Positions 1 through 9,070 of a stretch of DNA of 32,842 nt are shown piece after piece. How positions within the stretch are numbered: the stretch's first letter is position 1; every line of letters begins with the position of its first letter. The notes beneath the pieces are model-generated. The model was not told the DNA's origin. It saw only the letters and a list, made by a program, of their open reading frames with translations, and did no database searches. This DNA comes from Chryseobacterium gleum (lineage in GTDB: Bacteria; Bacteroidota; Bacteroidia; Flavobacteriales_C; GCA-002722245). The stretch spans positions 1 to 32,842 of the forward strand of contig CAMDPJ010000001.1 in the NCBI GenBank assembly GCA_945903925.1, read 5' to 3'. Position numbers and translations under genes: made by a program.

Positions 1-323
1 ATTTATGCAGTTGATGAGGTAGTAAGAAAGCATCAAGGTATCGGTTATGAATACCATTAAAAATCTATTATTCTTCGCGTGTTACTATTTTCAATATCAC
101 ATCTGAACCTTCAATGAATGCATTACATCAAGTTAGATGCTATTGTATGTCATCGATTTTCTCTGCCTATACATAATCATCACATTTCCGATGTTTCGTG
201 AACTTCTTCAATGCTCCCATATAATCACCTCTAAATAAGGATTTATCTATCAAAGAAAAAAACACCCCAAATCTTTTTATTGACCACAAAAATTTAAATA
301 TCTATTTTCACCACTGAAAATTT

Positions 324-3300
324 ATGGTTGCAAAGGACTCAATCACTTTTCTTAAAAAACAGATACTATTCTTGGTTGTTTTACTATTGCCTAGTATTTC
401 TCTGTTTGCGCAGGTAACAGCCAATTTCACAGCCGATGCTGTTAGTGGATGTGCACCCCTTTTGGTGAACTTTACCAATACATCGAGTAATGCTTCTTCT
501 TACGCCTGGGACTTTGGCAATGGAAAATCTGCAGCTACTTTGCATAGCAGCGCACTGTATGCTCAACCGGGAATTTACAAGATAAAATTAACCGCATTGG
601 GTGTTGGAGCACCGAGCATTAAAACTATTATCATCCGTGTTTACGCTCCGGCTAGCGCCGAATTCAAAGCCAACAAAACCGCCCTTTGTGGCAATGAAGC
701 TTTAATCTTTACCGATTTATCTATTGCGCAATCGGCGGGGGTAAATGCTTGGTTTTGGAGCTTTGGTGACGGACAAATATCGAACGATCAAAACCCCACC
801 TATTTGTACAATCAAGATGGCAAATACTCTGTTTATCTGCAGGTTACCGATGCTAATGGCTGTAAAGCTTCTACCACAAAAAGTAACTACATCAATATCA
901 ATCAGCCTAAAGCCAACTTCGTGTCCGATTCTTTTGTGTGTGCCGAGCCTGCCGAGATTCATTTTACCGATAAATCGAGCGGACTAAACCTTAGCTACCT
1001 TTGGGAGTTTGGCGATGGTAGCACCTCAACAGCTAAATCACCCGTTCATACCTACAATGCTTTCGATACCCTACCAGTTAAATTAACCATTAAGAGTGTG
1101 GGTTCGACTTGTTCGTCCACGATTACTAAAAACATTAGAATTGCGCGCTACTTGTCCGATTTTACCTACAGTGCAACTTGTGACAACAGCGCAAAAGAGT
1201 TTAATTTAAACTTCACCAACACCACTGTACCTGTGGTAAAAAGCGAATGGGATTTTGGTGATGGCGATACCTCAACCGCAAAAACAATTTCTCATCAATA
1301 CAGCACCAAAGGCAAATACACTATCATTCTAACAAGCACCTACAGCAACACTTGCTTCGATACTGTTGCTAAAACGTATGAGAGTCCGAATGCTTCTTTC
1401 ACCTACTCTCCTCTCCCTTGTAAAGCTCCGTTTAAAGTCAACTACACCAACACCAGTAAAGGAACTGGAATTTCTTCTAATTGGAATTTCTCTGATGGAA
1501 AAACATCTACTGCTAAGAACCCTACTACTACTTTTACTGTTCCGCCCTACAGTGCCCGAACCATTTTAACTCAAACCAATACTTGGGGATGTAAAGACGC
1601 AGACACCGTCTACTTTTTATTTCCAATGCCCATTGCGGTTGTTGTGCCCGACACCCCTTTCACAGGTTGCGCGCCACTTACAGTTACTTTTAAAAGTAAA
1701 AGTTATGCACCCAACTCAAACATTGTAGCATACAAATGGAATTTCGGAGATCCTGCTAGTGGAGTGAACAATACAGCCACCACAAAAGACGCCTCACACA
1801 ACTATACGACTTCAGGATTGTATGACGTGCAGCTTATCGTTCACAACGATTCGGGATGTGTAGACACAACTTTATACAAAAAACTAGTGAAAACAGGTAT
1901 AAAGCCAAGCTCTGTAGATTTCTCGATGAGCGATGATTCCACTTGTTACAACACCTCTAAAAACTTTAACGATTTAAGCACTTACAATCCTTCGTCGGTA
2001 AAAGCCAATTATTGGTGTTGGGATTGGTATGGCGACAATGCCAATATCTTATTGAATGAAAATATAAAACCGGTGGCTTGTCCCGATTCGGGGTATAATA
2101 GTCAGAATGCCGACTACACCTCTGTTAAAACCCAAATTAAAAACTTCAATAAAAAAGAGGCTTATAAAACACTGCTGAATGGAGGTTCTCTTTATGCCTA
2201 TGATGCCATGCCCGATACTGGCTTGCATTACATACACATGGTAGTGGGCAACAACGGTTGCTATGCCGAAGTGAAAAAACCTTTTTACGTTAAAGGAACT
2301 ATGGGATCACCAAATTTTGTTTTTCCCAATGGTGAGTTTAGCTTGTCATCATGCAATCCGCCTTTAAACATTGGTTTATCTAATGGTTCTTCGCAATACA
2401 CCAACACCAATTACTTCAATGTGGTGAACAATCAAACGAATGATACCATTACCAAAATATCGGGCAGCGACACTAACTTTATTAGTCTGAGCAAAGCAGG
2501 TACTTACAGCATTAATATTAGTGTGAGTAACCCAACATTGCAATGTACCAACAGCGATGTAAAAACAATAGCTGTAGACTCTATTATTCAAAAGGTTTAC
2601 ATTCCAAAGAAGGGATGCTTAAATACTCCAGTAAGATTAATTAATATTAGCACAAGTTCGTACGGACAAATTTCAAAAAGAGCTTTCGATTTTGGCAATG
2701 GAGAAACTATAGAAGCGAGCAATATTGATACAGTAAATTATGTCTATGGCGACACAGGTACTTTCGTTATAAAATCATACACTTTCTCTTTGGTTAATGG
2801 ATCGGTGAATGGCGCTACTCCCGATTACAAACAATGCAGCGTAATGCATACCGACACCATTCATATCGATGGTGTAAAAGCCAAATTCTCTGTGCCAAAA
2901 AACATGTATTGCGAAGGTGAAACGGTTGAGTTTAGCGATTCATCTTATTCTACTACTCCATACACTTTGAGAAGATGGAGATTTGGCGACAATACCACTT
3001 CGTCGCAAATTAATCCGCAACACAAATACTATCAAATTAAATCGTATAATGTTAGCTATGTTTTAGAAAATAGTGTTGGTTGCAAAGATTCCCTTTACTT
3101 CCCCAACTTAATTATCCTTTCTAAACCTAATGCCGATTTCACACAAAACAAAACGCTGGCTTGCTATGGCGACACCATTAGATTTACAAATACAGGAACA
3201 GGCCTTGGTTTAACTTATAAGTGGAATTTCGGACAAGGAGACACATCAAATCTTACACACCCCAAAAACATATACAATCAAACGGGCGTTTTCGATGTTG

Positions 3301-4901
3301 CGCTTGTCACCACCAACTCTTTTGGCTGCAAAGACACCGCCTTAAAATCGAATTTAATAGATGTAGAAAATTACCCAACAGTGAGATTTGGCGTGAATGA
3401 TTCGGTAGGTGATTGCTCTCCATTTTTGGCTACTTTCTCTGATTCATCTATTACCAACATCACCCAATGGGAATGGAATTTTCAGGAAGGAAATGTATCG
3501 TACAGCAAAAACCCATTAACCACTTACACGCATCCTGGTAAGTTCAATGTTAAACTTACGGTGAGAACTAAAAACGGATGCAGTTCATCGTTAACCAAAA
3601 TGAACTACGTCACTGTAAACGGTCCGTACGGAACATACACCATTCAAAACGATTCGGGCTGCGTTCCTTTAAACACGGTTTTTGTTCAAGATTTTAAAAA
3701 AACCAATTATTATACTTGGGATTTTGGCGATGGTAATGTGCAATCGTACGATTACCTTATTAACCCCAACAGCACCAATCACATTTATAACACCAAAGGA
3801 TTGTTTGCGCCACAAATTCAATTATTGGACACCAACAACTGTTCTTCGCTAATGAATTTAGAAAATGTTTATGCAGAAAAAGTGATAAGTGATTTCGATG
3901 CAAGCGATACTTTACTTTGTGCTTTGGGCAGTGTTCAATTTACCAACACTACTTCTTCTCAATTTCCACTTTCCTACTACTGGAATTTTGATGACCTTAA
4001 CTTCGGAACGCAGGTGAGTCCGGTACACGCTTTTGGCGCTCAAAAGAAATACAAGGTAAAACTAATTGCCACTTCAGTTATCGAAGGTTGCGCCGACACC
4101 ATAGCAAAAGAAATAGCGGTGTTTAAGGGTCCGAAATTAAAATTAGATACCCTCACCAAACTTTTTTGTATTCCTTACAACGCAAAATTCAACATTACCA
4201 ACAACGACCCAAGTGTTGCCATAAACAAATTGTATTGGTCGCACAACAACGACCTCCAAGAAAGCACTTTTGCCAACTACAAAATAAATACTTTGGGCTA
4301 TCAATCGTTTAATTTGAAAGTGGATTATGCCACCAATTTATGTCATATCGATTCATTGATTATTTTAAAAGCATTGCTTCCTCCTGATGCTCAATTTACT
4401 TTTTCGCCCGAACATCCTTCTTTAAATACAACTGTTGATTTCACCGAATCGTGCAAAAGCACTTCTCAATGGTTGTGGAAAATTAGCGGTAATACAAAAT
4501 CTAATTTACCCAACCACTCTCACGATTTCTTTAAAACCGGAGATTATGTGGTAACGCTTTACGCATCGAATGAAGGACTATGTGTAGACAGCATGACTGC
4601 TACTGTTCGCGTGGCGGCAGGCGAATTTGTTAAGTTAATGTCGGGATTCACCCCCAACGGCGACGGCATCAACGACTATGCAAAAATATTAAATGCAGGA
4701 AATGTTACTTTGGTAGATTTCACCATTTACAACCGCTGGGGACAGCAAGTTTTTAAAACCGATAACATAGAAAAATATTGGGATGGCACCTTTAATGGCA
4801 CTTTGCAAAACGAAGGAACTTACGTGTATTACATTGCGGCTACCGACAATATAACGGGCAAAGAAATCACCCAAAAAGGAAACATCACGCTTCTTAAATG
4901 A
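324..4901 (+). CDS. Giant secreted PKD-repeat surface protein (adhesin-like) with a T9SS type B (gliding-motility-associated) C-terminal sorting domain
   Basis: 1525-aa ORF with an N-terminal signal peptide (LLLPSISLFAQ). At least 13 PKD-type repeats carry the W-x-F-G-D-G-x-(T/S) signature (YAWDFGNGKS, WSFGDGQIS, WEFGDGSTS, WDFGDGDTS, WNFSDGKTS, WNFGDPASG, FDFGNGETI, WRFGDNTTS, WNFGQGDTS, WNFQEGNVS, WDFGDGNVQ and others). The last ~90 aa (FTPNGDGINDY...IYNRWGQQVF...WDGT...GTYVYY) match the type B CTD consensus as I recall it. Confidence 0.9.
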   Translation: MVAKDSITFLKKQILFLVVLLLPSISLFAQVTANFTADAVSGCAPLLVNFTNTSSNASSYAWDFGNGKSAATLHSSALYAQPGIYKIKLTALGVGAPSIKTIIIRVYAPASAEFKANKTALCGNEALIFTDLSIAQSAGVNAWFWSFGDGQISNDQNPTYLYNQDGKYSVYLQVTDANGCKASTTKSNYININQPKANFVSDSFVCAEPAEIHFTDKSSGLNLSYLWEFGDGSTSTAKSPVHTYNAFDTLPVKLTIKSVGSTCSSTITKNIRIARYLSDFTYSATCDNSAKEFNLNFTNTTVPVVKSEWDFGDGDTSTAKTISHQYSTKGKYTIILTSTYSNTCFDTVAKTYESPNASFTYSPLPCKAPFKVNYTNTSKGTGISSNWNFSDGKTSTAKNPTTTFTVPPYSARTILTQTNTWGCKDADTVYFLFPMPIAVVVPDTPFTGCAPLTVTFKSKSYAPNSNIVAYKWNFGDPASGVNNTATTKDASHNYTTSGLYDVQLIVHNDSGCVDTTLYKKLVKTGIKPSSVDFSMSDDSTCYNTSKNFNDLSTYNPSSVKANYWCWDWYGDNANILLNENIKPVACPDSGYNSQNADYTSVKTQIKNFNKKEAYKTLLNGGSLYAYDAMPDTGLHYIHMVVGNNGCYAEVKKPFYVKGTMGSPNFVFPNGEFSLSSCNPPLNIGLSNGSSQYTNTNYFNVVNNQTNDTITKISGSDTNFISLSKAGTYSINISVSNPTLQCTNSDVKTIAVDSIIQKVYIPKKGCLNTPVRLINISTSSYGQISKRAFDFGNGETIEASNIDTVNYVYGDTGTFVIKSYTFSLVNGSVNGATPDYKQCSVMHTDTIHIDGVKAKFSVPKNMYCEGETVEFSDSSYSTTPYTLRRWRFGDNTTSSQINPQHKYYQIKSYNVSYVLENSVGCKDSLYFPNLIILSKPNADFTQNKTLACYGDTIRFTNTGTGLGLTYKWNFGQGDTSNLTHPKNIYNQTGVFDVALVTTNSFGCKDTALKSNLIDVENYPTVRFGVNDSVGDCSPFLATFSDSSITNITQWEWNFQEGNVSYSKNPLTTYTHPGKFNVKLTVRTKNGCSSSLTKMNYVTVNGPYGTYTIQNDSGCVPLNTVFVQDFKKTNYYTWDFGDGNVQSYDYLINPNSTNHIYNTKGLFAPQIQLLDTNNCSSLMNLENVYAEKVISDFDASDTLLCALGSVQFTNTTSSQFPLSYYWNFDDLNFGTQVSPVHAFGAQKKYKVKLIATSVIEGCADTIAKEIAVFKGPKLKLDTLTKLFCIPYNAKFNITNNDPSVAINKLYWSHNNDLQESTFANYKINTLGYQSFNLKVDYATNLCHIDSLIILKALLPPDAQFTFSPEHPSLNTTVDFTESCKSTSQWLWKISGNTKSNLPNHSHDFFKTGDYVVTLYASNEGLCVDSMTATVRVAAGEFVKLMSGFTPNGDGINDYAKILNAGNVTLVDFTIYNRWGQQVFKTDNIEKYWDGTFNGTLQNEGTYVYYIAATDNITGKEITQKGNITLLK

Positions 4902-5929
4902 TGAACAAAACAATATATCATTTTTTAGCCGTAGCCCTTTTACTTTTGACTTTATCGTCATCTGCTCAAGACGTTCATTTTACGCAATTCACCAACACAC
5001 CCATGCTCACCAACGCAGCACAAACGGGTGATATCAATGGTGAATTTAGATTAGGTTATTCGTATAGAAATCAATGGAATTCTATTTCATCGCCGTATGT
5101 TACGTCTTGCCTTTTTGCCGATAAAAAGTTCATGGAAGAAAAACTGAAAGGAGATTTTGTGGGCGGAGGAATTCAAATCATAGCCGATAATTCTGCCGAT
5201 GGTGCAATTAAAACCACTCACTTCTCATTAAATGCTGCTTACCACCATTACCTCAATAAAAACTTAGACAGAAAATTTTACGGCGGTTTGCAGTTAGGCG
5301 GATTTCAAAAATCAATTAACCCTAGCGTTTTGGTTTTCGAAAATCAGTTCAACTATAGCGCATCAGATTTTAGCGGAACAAGCAATGGTGAAACATTCAG
5401 CACACAAAGTATCGTTAGTCCCGATGTGCAATTGGGCGCTGGCTATTGGATGAGCACTAAGAAATACTATATCAATTGTGGATTATCGGCAGCACATATC
5501 AACCGGCCCAACCAATCTCTTAGCTCTCAAAAAGACCTTTTAGCTACTAAATGGGTGTTGCATGGCGACGGCCAATACAACATTTCTAAATTTCTTTTTG
5601 TAACGCCATCGGTGCTGGTGATGTACCAAAAAAAAGCTGCCGAATTCAATGTTGGCGGTATACTTAACTATGGCTTCGGTAAAAAATTAAAAGAAAATAT
5701 TTACCTAAAAACAGGAGTGTGGTATCGTGTAGGCGATGCTTTCAATTTCTTTTTTGGTATTAACCACAACAACTGGCAATTCAATTTCACGTACGATGTA
5801 AATGCATCAAAATTAAATGCGGCCAGCAACTATCAGGGAGCATTGGAAATATCCATGATTTATACACACAACTTATTTAATATTCAAAAAAATAAAACGC
5901 GAATTGTGCCTGCAAATCGACTCTTTTAA
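4898..5929 (+). CDS. PorP/SprF-family type IX secretion outer-membrane protein
   Basis: 343-aa ORF whose ATG overlaps the upstream TGA (ATGA at 4898-4901). A signal peptide is followed by QDVHFTQFTNTPMLTNAAQTG, resembling the conserved PorP/SprF N-terminus (QDxxFSQY...NPA). Size and position directly downstream of a type B CTD cargo are typical of the family. Confidence 0.8.
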   Translation: MMNKTIYHFLAVALLLLTLSSSAQDVHFTQFTNTPMLTNAAQTGDINGEFRLGYSYRNQWNSISSPYVTSCLFADKKFMEEKLKGDFVGGGIQIIADNSADGAIKTTHFSLNAAYHHYLNKNLDRKFYGGLQLGGFQKSINPSVLVFENQFNYSASDFSGTSNGETFSTQSIVSPDVQLGAGYWMSTKKYYINCGLSAAHINRPNQSLSSQKDLLATKWVLHGDGQYNISKFLFVTPSVLVMYQKKAAEFNVGGILNYGFGKKLKENIYLKTGVWYRVGDAFNFFFGINHNNWQFNFTYDVNASKLNAASNYQGALEISMIYTHNLFNIQKNKTRIVPANRLF

Positions 5930-5930
5930 A

Positions 5931-7871
5931 ATGAAATTCAGAGCACTTACATATTGTTTTTGTTGCTTGCTTTTACTAAGCAATAGCACCTTTGCGCAAA
6001 GCAGAAGTTCGATCGTAAAAGTAGCCGATTATTCATTTTATGAAGGACATTTCTACGAAGCCATTGATTTATACAAAGAGGAACTAGAAAAAAACAGCAA
6101 CAATATTTATGTGCTCATTCAGCTCGCCAATGCTTACCAAAAAGTAGGCGAATTTAAAGAAGCACATACTTGTTTCGAAAGAGCTTTTGTTTTGGGCGAC
6201 AAAGAATTTCCTTTGGCAGAATTGTATTATGCGCAATCGCTAAAAACGCTTGGGCAATACGAAAAAGCAAAAGAGAATTTCGAACATTTTAGAAAAAACT
6301 ATAGAGGAAATAATTCTTCATATTATGTAGGCAAAGCAAAAGATGAATTGAAAAATTGCGATTTGGCTTTGAAAATGAAAAGCGACAACAATCAAATAGT
6401 AAATGCGCTACCTAAAAACATCAACAAAAGATACAGCGAGCTTAACCCTACTTTATTTCACGATTCTATCTTGATTTTCTCTACTATTTATTCAGATACT
6501 TTAATTACCCTTCCCTTTGAAGACAACAATCCTAAACACCGCCTCTACTCTATCAACATTCGCGATTCGTTGAACAAAGCACAAATTTTTCTGCCGCAGT
6601 TTTTCACCAATATCAACGGTGATGTGCCAGATATCACTTTCTCTGCCGATGAAAAAAGATTGTACTTCACCGAATGTAAAATGAATGCCAGCGGAAAATT
6701 AATTTGCGAATTGTATGGTTCACTATTAACGAACAACGAATGGGCGCTACCAGTAAAATTAGGCCCATTGGTGAACGATCCAACAGACGAATACAGCTCT
6801 ACCCACCCAGCAGTGGCTTACGACAAAAAAACGAAGCAAGATATCTTATACTTCTCTTCAGACAAACCAGGAGGTAATGGCGGTTTAGATTTGTGGTATG
6901 CCGAAATTGATGCTGCACTCAATGTAGAAAAAGCATACAACATGGGAAGAAAATTGAACTCAAGCGACAATGAGATTTCTCCTTTTATAGATATCGCAGG
7001 CAACTTGTATTACAGTAGCAATGGCTTAGACAACATTGGTGGCTACGATATTTTTGTAGCTACCGATAAAGGAAAAAGCTTCGATAAACCAAAGAATTTA
7101 GGCATACCTTTCAACACCTCAAAAGATGAATTTTATTTTAAGAAATACAGCAACAACATTAGCTTAATACTATCCAACAGAAGTGAAATCAAAAGCAAAA
7201 ACATAGGCGATGATATTTTCATTATTCAAAAAGAAGAGAAGAAATATTTCCGCATCAATGCTTATCAAAAAATTAACGACAGCACCGAACAAATCATTAA
7301 TGGAACCATGATTGTTTACCGCAACGAAAATGATTCTATCCTGCAAGAAAATGTGTATTACGCTGCAAAACCAAAACAAGAATTCGATATAGAAATTTCT
7401 AAAAAAGGATTTATCACGGCGACGCAGAAAATTGCCATGCTAAGTTACAACCACGACACCACAGAAATTAAATGTTACCTTGAGCCTATTGCGCTCAACA
7501 AAGAGTACACGCTAAACAACATTTATTTTGAGTACGACAGAGCAGAACTTACACTTGAATCGAAAAATGAATTGCAACAATTGGTGATTTTCATGCTGCA
7601 AAATCCCGATTTAAAAATTGAAATTGCAGCTCATACCGATAATAAAGGAAATGCCGATTACAACCTCAAATTATCGCAAGAACGCGCCAAAAGCGTTGCC
7701 GATTTCTTGATAAGCAAAGGTGTAAATTCAAAAGCTTTAATTGCCAAAGGTTATGGTATGACTCATCCTATTGCCTACAACAACAATCCCGATGGAAGCG
7801 ACAATCCAGAAGGTCGACAAAAAAACAGAAGAATTATTTTCAAGGTGCTTGAAAAAAATAAACACCACTAA
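5931..7871 (+). CDS. PorE-like OmpA-family protein (TPR + PD40/TolB-like beta-propeller + CRD-like beta-sandwich + OmpA_C peptidoglycan-binding domain)
   Basis: The ORF track starts at 5904, but MKFRALTYCFCCLLLLSNSTFAQ at 5931 gives a proper signal peptide and begins 2 nt after the upstream stop. N-terminal TPR-like helices (YEAIDLYKEELEK...ANAYQKVGEFKEA). PD40-like repeats (DITFSADEKRLYFT, ILYFSSDKPGGNGGLDLWYAEI, NLYYSSNGLDNIGGYDIFVA). C-terminal OmpA_C (NIYFEYDRAELT...IEIAAHTDNKGNADYNLKLSQERAKSV...GYGMTHPIA). Confidence 0.8.
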   Translation: MKFRALTYCFCCLLLLSNSTFAQSRSSIVKVADYSFYEGHFYEAIDLYKEELEKNSNNIYVLIQLANAYQKVGEFKEAHTCFERAFVLGDKEFPLAELYYAQSLKTLGQYEKAKENFEHFRKNYRGNNSSYYVGKAKDELKNCDLALKMKSDNNQIVNALPKNINKRYSELNPTLFHDSILIFSTIYSDTLITLPFEDNNPKHRLYSINIRDSLNKAQIFLPQFFTNINGDVPDITFSADEKRLYFTECKMNASGKLICELYGSLLTNNEWALPVKLGPLVNDPTDEYSSTHPAVAYDKKTKQDILYFSSDKPGGNGGLDLWYAEIDAALNVEKAYNMGRKLNSSDNEISPFIDIAGNLYYSSNGLDNIGGYDIFVATDKGKSFDKPKNLGIPFNTSKDEFYFKKYSNNISLILSNRSEIKSKNIGDDIFIIQKEEKKYFRINAYQKINDSTEQIINGTMIVYRNENDSILQENVYYAAKPKQEFDIEISKKGFITATQKIAMLSYNHDTTEIKCYLEPIALNKEYTLNNIYFEYDRAELTLESKNELQQLVIFMLQNPDLKIEIAAHTDNKGNADYNLKLSQERAKSVADFLISKGVNSKALIAKGYGMTHPIAYNNNPDGSDNPEGRQKNRRIIFKVLEKNKHH

Positions 7872-7873
7872 AA

Positions 7874-9055
7874 ATGAAAAATAAAATTGCACTTCTACTA
7901 TGCCTTGCGCTTTGTTCTTTGTGCTTAAATGCGCAATGGAATAGAATTATTTCGGGCACTACTAAAAACATAAACGCAGTTACTTTTTCTAACTCAAATA
8001 CTGTTGTTGCTGTTGGTGATTCGGGCTTAATTTTACGCTCTTCTAACGCGGGAAATTCTTTTACCCCCGTTTCATCGGCCACTATGAAACACCTTAACGA
8101 TGTTTTCTTTTTAGATGCCAGCAATGGCTTTGCGGTGGGCGATGGAGGCACTATTTTAAAAACCATTAACGCGGGCATCAGCTGGTCGGCAATTGCATCG
8201 AACACTTCAAACGATTTGATGAGTATCGACATTAAAAACAATATCGGATTAATCACAGGCAGCAACGGCACCATTTTGAAATCGGTGAACAATGGATCAG
8301 CATGGGCTACCCTCACTCCTTTCACCATTTACTTGCTCAATAAAGTTCGTTTTGTGACGAATGATGTGGCTGTGATTTCTGGTAGTAACGGACTCCTTCT
8401 AAAATCTATTGATGCTGGTAACAACTGGACTATCGAAAATTCATCAGCCAATAAAAACATCAACGATTTTGCATTTTATCCAAATGCTAGCGATATTCTC
8501 GCAGTAGGAATCATAGGAATCAATGGTTTGCAAATCAGCACCGACACTTCATTCTCTAGCATTTCAGACACTACTATTTCCGCACAGTGGCTCAACGCTG
8601 CAGTAGACGTTCCCAATACCGATACATGCTTTACAGTTGGCAAAAACGCTACGGTTTTATTCACTGCCAATGGAAACAACTGGAATGCCATCACCATAAC
8701 CTCAACAGCCGATTTAAACGATATATATTTTGTAAGCAACACCGTTGGAATTATTGTAGGCAGTAAAGGAAACATCTTTAAAACAACCACAGGTGGTGCA
8801 TCTCTAAGCGCTAAAGAAATCGAAAAAATAAATTTTAACTTGTATCCAAATCCTTCCATTTCTTTCTTAAACATCACTGGAGATTTCAAAGAAAACACGC
8901 AACTAAAAATATACAACACCAGCGGACAGTTGCTAATTGAGCAAATTATTCAAGGAAATTCTATTCTTATAAATCACGATTTACCTTCGGGAATGTATTT
9001 GTTGCAACTAATCAGTAGCGAAAAAACAGGAAGTAGTTTATTTACTGTTGAATAG
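7874..9055 (+). CDS. Secreted Ycf48/BNR-like beta-propeller protein with a T9SS type A C-terminal sorting domain
   Basis: 393 aa with a signal peptide (CSLCLNAQ). Six repeats of the G-(T/L)-I-L-K-(S/T)-x-(N/D)-x-G-x-(S/N)-W blade type (GLILRSSNAGNSF, GTILKTINAGISW, GTILKSVNNGSAW, GLLLKSIDAGNNW and others). The C-terminal ~75 aa (LYPNPSISFLNI...IYNTSGQLL...LPSGMYLLQL) look like a type A Por secretion tail. It starts 2 nt after the upstream stop. Confidence 0.75.
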   Translation: MKNKIALLLCLALCSLCLNAQWNRIISGTTKNINAVTFSNSNTVVAVGDSGLILRSSNAGNSFTPVSSATMKHLNDVFFLDASNGFAVGDGGTILKTINAGISWSAIASNTSNDLMSIDIKNNIGLITGSNGTILKSVNNGSAWATLTPFTIYLLNKVRFVTNDVAVISGSNGLLLKSIDAGNNWTIENSSANKNINDFAFYPNASDILAVGIIGINGLQISTDTSFSSISDTTISAQWLNAAVDVPNTDTCFTVGKNATVLFTANGNNWNAITITSTADLNDIYFVSNTVGIIVGSKGNIFKTTTGGASLSAKEIEKINFNLYPNPSISFLNITGDFKENTQLKIYNTSGQLLIEQIIQGNSILINHDLPSGMYLLQLISSEKTGSSLFTVE

Positions 9056-9069
9056 AAGAAGTACTTCTT
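9056..9069. terminator. Short palindrome between convergent genes (possible weak bidirectional terminator)
   Basis: AAGAAGT/ACTTCTT is a perfect 14-nt palindrome sitting exactly between the stop at 9055 (+) and the stop at 9071 (-). The stem is short and there is no clear U-tract. Confidence 0.3.
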
Positions 9070-9070
9070 A

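Noticed and set aside
1-60. Open frame running in from the left edge (IYAVDEVVRKHQGIGYEYH, stop at 58-60)
   Set aside because: With only 19 codons visible it cannot be identified or distinguished from chance.
324-4901. Periodic structure that could be mistaken for a DNA tandem repeat or CRISPR-like array
   Set aside because: The periodicity is at the protein level (PKD domains of ~80-90 aa) with divergent DNA. There are no conserved short direct repeats separated by unique spacers.
7840-8919. Two sizeable minus-strand ORFs (162 aa and 147 aa) opposite the 393-aa beta-propeller gene
   Set aside because: They lie entirely antisense to a CDS with strong repeat, signal-peptide and CTD evidence. 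They have no recognisable motifs and an odd composition, so they are typical shadow ORFs.
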